A DNA stretch of 64,000 nt, taken from NCBI GenBank assembly GCA_044433325.1, contig JAWXTT010000001.1, forward strand, positions 1,470 through 65,469, given 5' to 3'. This document shows, in pieces, positions 58,354 to 64,000 of this stretch. How positions within the stretch are numbered: position 1 is the stretch's first letter; each line of letters starts with the position of its first letter. Below the pieces are notes generated by a model that saw nothing but the letters and a program-made list of their open reading frames with translations, searched no databases and had not been told where the DNA came from. Source of the DNA: Bacteroidales bacterium. Lineage in GTDB: Bacteria > Bacteroidota > Bacteroidia > Bacteroidales > Muribaculaceae. The translations under genes were made by a program, and so were the position numbers.

Positions 58354-61272
58354 CTAAAGTGTTTTCTTTACCTCTACCTCTTCGTAACATTCTATCATGT
58401 CACCCTCAATAATATCGTTGTAGTTGGTGATACTTAGACCGCAATCGTAACCTGAAGTAACCTCTTTAACATCATCTTTGAAACGTTTCAATGAATCTAA
58501 TACACCTGTGTATTTAACGATACCGTCACGGATAAGTCTAATCTTACAGTTACGTTTAACCTTACCATCACGAACGATAGCACCTGCAATAGTACCAACC
58601 TTTGAGATATGGTATGTTTGAAGCACCTCAACTGTACCGATAGTTTCCTCCTTGATTTCTGGAGATAACATACCTGACATTGCATCCTTAACCTCTTCGA
58701 TAGCTTTGTAGATTACTGAGTATAGACGTATCTCAACCCCTTCACGCTCAGCTGAACGTTTAGCGGCTAATGATGGACGGACTTGGAAACCGATGATAAT
58801 TGCATTAGATGCTGCCGCTAGTGTGATATCTGATTCTGAGATAGCACCAACTGCTTTATGTAATACATTAACTTGAATCTCTTCAGTTGAAAGTTTGATA
58901 AGTGAGTCACTTAACGCCTCGATAGAACCATCCACGTCACCCTTAACGATAATATTAAGCTCTTGGAAGTTACCGATTGCACGACGACGACCTATATCAT
59001 CCAATGTTAATATTTTCTTAGTACGTAATCCTAATTCACGTTGTAATTGCTCACGTTTGTTTGCAATCTCACGTGCCTCTTGCTCTGTTTCCATCACATT
59101 AAATGTATCACCTGCGGTAGGTGCGCCATTTAAGCCTAAGATTAGTGCTGGTTCAGATGGTCCAACCTCCTTGATACGTTGGTTACGTTCATTGAACATA
59201 GCCTTAATCTTACCATGATGTGTACCTGCTAACATTACGTCACCTATTTTAAGTGTTCCGCTCTGTACTAGGATTGTAGCGATATAACCACGACCCTTAT
59301 CTAGTGATGATTCTATGATTGAACCTGTTGCATTCTTGTTAGGATTAGCTTTTAGCTCAAGCATTTCAGCCTCAAGCAATACCTTCTCCATTAGTTGCTC
59401 AACGCCTGTACCCTTTTTAGCTGAAATCTCTTGTGATTGGTATTTACCACCCCAATCCTCAACTAAGTAGTTCATATTGGCTAGCTCCTCTTTAATCTTT
59501 TCTGGATTAGAGGTTGGTTTATCTATCTTATTAATTGCAAATATGATAGGTACACCTGCCGCCGCCGCATGGTTGATAGCCTCGATAGTTTGAGGCATGA
59601 CATTATCATCAGCTGCAACTATGATAATTACAATATCTGTTACCTTAGCACCACGAGCACGCATAGCTGTAAAGGCTTCGTGACCTGGAGTATCTAAGAA
59701 TGTAATCTTACGACCATCTGCCAGTTTCACATTATATGCACCGATATGCTGAGTAATACCACCAGCCTCACCAGCGATTACATTAGCACTACGGATATAG
59801 TCAAGTAGTGATGTTTTACCGTGGTCAACGTGTCCCATCACAGTTACGATGGGTGGACGAGGCATTAAGTCCTCTTCACGATCTTCAACCTCGTTGATAG
59901 CTTCAACAACCTCAGCACTTACATATTCTGTTTTGAAACCAAATTCTTCAGCAACGATGTTGATAGTTTCTGCATCTAGTCGTTGATTGATAGATACCAT
60001 AACACCAATACTCATACATGTAGCAATTACATTGTTGATAGATACATCCATCATAGATGCTAAGTCATTAGCAGTTACGAATTCAGTTAACTTCAATGTC
60101 TTGCTTTCTGCTGCTACCAATTCAGCTGCTTCACGTTCACGTTCACTAAATGCGTCGCGTTTCTCTTTACGCCACTTGTTACCTTTGTTCTTATTAGTTT
60201 TGCTAGTTAAGCGCGCTAATGTTTCCTTAACTTGTTTTTGTACATCTACTTCACTAACCTCCGCTTTTACAGGACGTTGTTTAGAATTGTTATTGTAGTT
60301 ATTTCCACCACGTTTACCAGCATTAGCGTTGTTTCCACCGCCACCGTTGTTATTTCGTTTAAAACCACCGCCATTATTACTATTGTTATTGTTGTGATGG
60401 TTATTATTATTATTCGGATGGTTACCTCTTTGGTGAGGATTATTATTACCTGCTGGTTGGTTAGCTCGGTTATCAACATCAACCTTTTCTGTTCCTATGC
60501 GTTTGCGTTTTCTCTTATCCGCATTATCTCCACCTGCTGTATTATTAGCTGGTTTAGCATCGTTACGAGCCTTCTCCTTAGCGATACGTTCAGTTTTACG
60601 CTCCTCCTTAGTTTTCTTCTTAGGTCTAGTCTGTTGATTTATTGTTGATAGGTCAATCTTACCTACAATATTAATCGTTGAGTTAATAGCAGGACGACTC
60701 ATTGAGATAAATTGGCTATCACTCTCAGGCTTAACAACCTCTTTAGCCTCAACCTTAGCAACAGGGTTAACAACCTCCTTAACTACTGGTTTTACTTCAA
60801 CTGTCTTAACTGCTGGAGCTGGTTTTGCAACCTCTACCCTTTTAGGCTCAACCTTTTTAGGTTCAGGTTTAACTGGTTCAACCTTTTTAGGCTCAACTTT
60901 AGGTGTTGGTTTAGCCACTACTGACTTCTCCCCCTTTTTAGGTTGTGGTTTACCGATAGAGTTGATATCTATTTTACCTACAATCTTAGGCTTCTGCACT
61001 GTTTGAATCACAGTTTTGATATCTTTAGGCTCCTGTGGTGTAGCTGCCGCAGGTTTGCTCTTCTCTTTCTGACGACCAGATGAGTATTTATCAGACTCCT
61101 GTTTAATATCCTTATCAGACTTAAACTCATTAATCAACATTTTATAATGCTCATCTTCAATCCTAGCGTTAGGGCTAGAATCAACTGTTATATTCTTTTT
61201 CTTTAGAAATTCGATTAGTGTCGAAGTCCCAACATTTAAATCTTTTGCTACTTTACTTATCTTTATCGGCAT
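58354..61272 (-). CDS. infB: Translation initiation factor IF-2
   Basis: 972 aa. G-domain [12 protein letters not shown] / DTPGHEAF / NKID, with a long low-complexity N-terminal region. Confidence 0.97.
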   Translation of the reverse strand: MPIKISKVAKDLNVGTSTLIEFLKKKNITVDSSPNARIEDEHYKMLINEFKSDKDIKQESDKYSSGRQKEKSKPAAATPQEPKDIKTVIQTVQKPKIVGKIDINSIGKPQPKKGEKSVVAKPTPKVEPKKVEPVKPEPKKVEPKRVEVAKPAPAVKTVEVKPVVKEVVNPVAKVEAKEVVKPESDSQFISMSRPAINSTINIVGKIDLSTINQQTRPKKKTKEERKTERIAKEKARNDAKPANNTAGGDNADKRKRKRIGTEKVDVDNRANQPAGNNNPHQRGNHPNNNNNHHNNNNSNNGGGFKRNNNGGGGNNANAGKRGGNNYNNNSKQRPVKAEVSEVDVQKQVKETLARLTSKTNKNKGNKWRKEKRDAFSEREREAAELVAAESKTLKLTEFVTANDLASMMDVSINNVIATCMSIGVMVSINQRLDAETINIVAEEFGFKTEYVSAEVVEAINEVEDREEDLMPRPPIVTVMGHVDHGKTSLLDYIRSANVIAGEAGGITQHIGAYNVKLADGRKITFLDTPGHEAFTAMRARGAKVTDIVIIIVAADDNVMPQTIEAINHAAAAGVPIIFAINKIDKPTSNPEKIKEELANMNYLVEDWGGKYQSQEISAKKGTGVEQLMEKVLLEAEMLELKANPNKNATGSIIESSLDKGRGYIATILVQSGTLKIGDVMLAGTHHGKIKAMFNERNQRIKEVGPSEPALILGLNGAPTAGDTFNVMETEQEAREIANKREQLQRELGLRTKKILTLDDIGRRRAIGNFQELNIIVKGDVDGSIEALSDSLIKLSTEEIQVNVLHKAVGAISESDITLAAASNAIIIGFQVRPSLAAKRSAEREGVEIRLYSVIYKAIEEVKDAMSGMLSPEIKEETIGTVEVLQTYHISKVGTIAGAIVRDGKVKRNCKIRLIRDGIVKYTGVLDSLKRFKDDVKEVTSGYDCGLSITNYNDIIEGDMIECYEEVEVKKTL

Positions 61273-61336
61273 GTTAAATATGTTGTTGTTAATTCAGGAG
61301 TTTTTAATACATTTAATCTCGTTACAGTTTCTGTTA

Positions 61337-62599
61337 TTATTCAAATTCTGCACGTAGAATGCTAATAACATTATCAATAGTATCCTCCTCTAAGTCTGTT
61401 TTCTCTAATAGGAATTCACGTGAGATATTTAATACACTCTTAGCTGTATCACAACCAATCGCTTTAAATTCCTCAATAATCCATGATTCTATTTCATCAC
61501 TAAATTCATCTAGGTAGATATCCTCCTCACCAGCTTCCTCTAAGTCACGATATACATCAATATTATAACCAGTAAGCATAGATGCAAGTTTAATATTCAA
61601 GCCATTCTTACCAATAGCTAATGAAACCTCCTCAGGGCGTAGGAAAACCTCAGCCTTCTTCTCCTCCTCGTTTAGGCGAATAGATGATATCTTAGCAGGA
61701 GATAACGCACGTTGGATAAATAGTTGAGGATTACTAGTGTAGTTAATCACATCAATATTCTCGTTACGTAGTTCACGAACTATACCATGAATACGAGCAC
61801 CCTTAACACCTACACAAGCACCTACTGGGTCAATACGTTCATCATACGATTCTACGGCTATCTTAGCACGCTCTCCAGGGATACGAGCAACGGCACGTAT
61901 AAGTATTAATCCATCATTAATTTCAGGTACTTCAATCTCAAACAATCGACGTAAGAACGCCTCATTAGTACGTGAAACGGTAATACGTGGATTACCATTC
62001 TTATTATCAACATTACTAATCACGGCACGTACAGTGTCTCCCTTGCGGAAGAAATCTGATGGTATCTGCTCCTCTTTAGGTAGAAGTAGTTCATTCTTGT
62101 CATCATCCAGAAGCAACATCTCCTTTTTCCAAAGTTGATAAACCTCACCGACAACTAATTCACCCTCCATATCCTTAAACTTAGTATAGATAGCATCCTT
62201 TTGAAGATCTAATATTTTAGATGCAAGAGTTTGGCGTAATATAAGAATAGCACGACGACCAAATTTAGCAAATTCAATCTTTTTGATATGCTCCTCACCA
62301 ACTTCACAATCTGGATCTGGATCTTCAGGATCATTATGTGCATCACTAAGACTAATCTGTTTAATAGGATCAGTAACTTCACCATCAGGCACGACTATTA
62401 AATTTTGATAAATCTCACAATCCCCTTTGTCAGGATTCATGATAACATCAAAATTTTCATCCGAACCAAACATTTTAGCCAACACGCTACGGAAAGACTC
62501 CTCAAGCACGCTAATCATCGTGGTTTTGTCAATATTTTTCAGTTCTTTAAATTCTGAAAAGCTATCGACCATGTCAATGTGTTCCTCTTTTTTTGCCAT
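61337..62599 (-). CDS. nusA: Transcription termination/antitermination factor NusA
   Basis: S1 and KH domains (…GACVGVKGARI…, …AIGKNGLNIKLAS…). Shows rimP-nusA-infB synteny. Confidence 0.95.
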   Translation of the reverse strand: MAKKEEHIDMVDSFSEFKELKNIDKTTMISVLEESFRSVLAKMFGSDENFDVIMNPDKGDCEIYQNLIVVPDGEVTDPIKQISLSDAHNDPEDPDPDCEVGEEHIKKIEFAKFGRRAILILRQTLASKILDLQKDAIYTKFKDMEGELVVGEVYQLWKKEMLLLDDDKNELLLPKEEQIPSDFFRKGDTVRAVISNVDNKNGNPRITVSRTNEAFLRRLFEIEVPEINDGLILIRAVARIPGERAKIAVESYDERIDPVGACVGVKGARIHGIVRELRNENIDVINYTSNPQLFIQRALSPAKISSIRLNEEEKKAEVFLRPEEVSLAIGKNGLNIKLASMLTGYNIDVYRDLEEAGEEDIYLDEFSDEIESWIIEEFKAIGCDTAKSVLNISREFLLEKTDLEEDTIDNVISILRAEFE

Positions 62600-62600
62600 A

Positions 62601-63071
62601 TTATTTAAATTGCATTAAATATTTAGTATATTTTATTTCGCTATATTTTAGTGTTAGGGGCTCTTCAACATCAACGGGGCGTTTTTTGCCCTCAACTTTC
62701 ATACGTTTACTAATAGTAATCGTGAAATCGTCATCATTAACCTCAGTTAAAAGACCCTTTAGTTTCTTTCCGTCATTAGTCAGAACCTCAACATCGTTAT
62801 CAATATTTTTAAGATATTGCTCCTTAATCTTAAAGGGAGAAGTTAATCCTGCCGAACCTACCTCAAAGTCATAATCATCTAAAGTTTCACCAAACTCCTC
62901 ACTTAGAGCCTTAGACAATTCAATACACTTATCAATGCTAACACTGCTCATACTATCAATTTCAACTACGATACTATTACCAGAGTTAAAGATAACATCC
63001 ACTAAGAATGCATCCTCATCCCCCTGTAATTTCGCATTTATGAAATCTATTAATTTGCTTTTCTCAACCAT
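62601..63071 (-). CDS. rimP: Ribosome maturation factor RimP
   Basis: 156 aa, directly upstream of nusA with a 1-nt gap. Typical size and acidic N-terminal domain. Confidence 0.85.
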   Translation of the reverse strand: MVEKSKLIDFINAKLQGDEDAFLVDVIFNSGNSIVVEIDSMSSVSIDKCIELSKALSEEFGETLDDYDFEVGSAGLTSPFKIKEQYLKNIDNDVEVLTNDGKKLKGLLTEVNDDDFTITISKRMKVEGKKRPVDVEEPLTLKYSEIKYTKYLMQFK

Positions 63072-63392
63072 CCTAAATCAAATAAGTAAAAAAATGAGGG
63101 AGCACCTGCCCCCTCTCCTTTACTTAATTACAATGCAAATATAAGATTTTTTTACTGAACTCCCAACTATTTACCTATATAATAGATAATATCAGAATTA
63201 AATTATATTTATTTAATTATTTTTAGTGTTTCATAACCTAATTTATCCACATACCCTAATACCGTAAATCATAAATACATAGCAAATCTAAAATAAACAG
63301 CCCAAATAAAATAATCTATAACAAATATAACATTAAAATTAGTTATTGTCGTAAAAGTTTGCTGTTTTTTACGACGAATTAGACAAAGTAAT

Positions 63393-63737
63393 ATGAGCCA
63401 AAGCATTGACAGTAATATACTAAGCAAAATACAAAAACGCGGAAGAGGAAAGATTCTGTTCTCAACAGATTTTATTCATTATGGCGAACCTAAATCTATT
63501 GCAAAAGCATTAGAGCGGTTAACTAATGCAAATAAAATCATCCGCGTTGCAAGAGGAATATACTGCTACCCTAAAATTGATAAAATATTAGGATTAGGCA
63601 CTATATATCCATCACTAGAAGAGATCGCTAAAAGTATAGCTAGGCGTGATAAAGCAAAGATTGCACCTACTGGAGATTATGCAATAAACAGATTAGGTTT
63701 ATCAACTCAAATACCAACTAATATAGGGGACTTCTAA
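63393..63737 (+). pseudogene. AbiEi/DUF6088-like antitoxin-family gene, 3'-truncated by a palindromic repeat
   Basis: The N-terminal roughly 110 aa (…IIRVARGIYCYPK…IAPTGDYAINRLGLSTQIPTN) resemble AbiEi_4/DUF6088 proteins, which are usually about 200 aa. The last codons and the stop (IGDF-TAA) lie inside the repeat at 63726-63769. Confidence 0.4.
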
Positions 63738-63769
63738 TAATTGATTTTATTCGATTATTAGAAGTCCCC
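63726..63769. repeat. Dispersed palindromic repeat, perfect copy
   Basis: Perfect 16-bp arms GGGGACTTCTAATAAT / ATTATTAGAAGTCCCC around a 12-nt loop TGATTTTATTCG. Confidence 0.85.
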
Positions 63770-63894
63770 AATAGATAGTTGGCGTTCTGACTATAATAGT
63801 ATGCAACTATCTATGATTTATGGTGAAAAGCTAACTTTTGATGAATTAATCAATCGAATACAGGAGTTACAAATTAGATTTAGAAACAGAGTCA

Positions 63895-64000
63895 ATGGTT
63901 AATAGCCATGATTCTAAGCACAATCTAACAATACATTATTCTACGGCACGTGAATTGCGTGCAGGGGTCATTCTTTTCAGTATTGAATATGATGGTAACA
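63895..64000 (+). CDS. Partial ORF of unknown function running off the window end
   Basis: ATG at 63895, open to 64000 (MVNSHDSKHNLTIHYSTARELRAGVILFSIEYDGN...). Only 35 codons are visible. Confidence 0.25.
   Translation, partial: MVNSHDSKHNLTIHYSTARELRAGVILFSIEYDGN

Noticed and set aside
58895-60924. Plus-strand ORFs inside infB (58895, 59987, 60232, 60712), similar antisense ORFs inside gltB, the C25 gene, yidC, nusA/rimP and elsewhere, and the same-strand alternative-frame ORFs 58497..58685 and 60267..60482
   Set aside because: All lie fully within strongly supported genes. They have low-complexity or hydrophobic artefact composition typical of antisense or alternative frames in AT-rich DNA.

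Overview
AT-rich Bacteroidota (Bacteroidales-like) chromosomal window. This assignment rests on repeated TTTG-N19/20-TAnnTTTG promoter motifs, a type III glutamine synthetase, LL-DAP aminotransferase, a C25 peptidase with a T9SS C-terminal domain, and a Bacteroides-type tyrosine recombinase. Layout: (1) 1-8926 is the tail of a surface-glycan (capsule/O-antigen) locus with a Wzx flippase (open from base 1), a Wzy-like polymerase, three glycosyltransferases, a hexapeptide acetyltransferase, a radical SAM enzyme and an unknown protein. (2) 8965-15675 is a trpBEGDCFA operon preceded by a consensus promoter, a 19-codon leader peptide with tandem Trp codons, and a terminator/antiterminator pair. (3) 15.7-23.9 kb is an accessory islet and the most interesting part. 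It holds a decayed gene remnant, a tyrosine recombinase, and a 189-bp inverton-like element with 23-bp perfect inverted repeats enclosing a consensus promoter that currently points away from the operon. Next come a SPASM radical SAM gene and three tandem 47-48-codon precursor genes, all ending SCSGCGAGCSGI(V/I)GD; two are absent from the ORF track and one is listed with the wrong start. An E. coli-type stand-alone YcaO, a PHP phosphoesterase, a methyltransferase and an SGNH-like protein follow. I read this as a candidate phase-variable RiPP system of no class I recognise. (4) 23.9-38.2 kb is a minus-strand nitrogen block: gltD, gltB, glnN, asnA, amtB, glnK, dapL, dapF and a divergent dapL paralog beside an Lrp/AsnC regulator. 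(5) 38.9-39.7 kb is a small odd region with a promoter-driven, highly structured about 146-nt RNA candidate and four copies of a 17-19-nt motif. (6) The rest is housekeeping: rex, a PorU-like C25 protein, yidC, pyrG, a POT transporter, sufE, ppiD, metK, folK and rimP-nusA-infB. It also contains an (ATCT)23 microsatellite and a dispersed palindromic repeat that truncates an AbiEi-like gene. I found no rRNA, tRNA or CRISPR array by eye. All homology calls come from motif recognition in the translations, not from searches.
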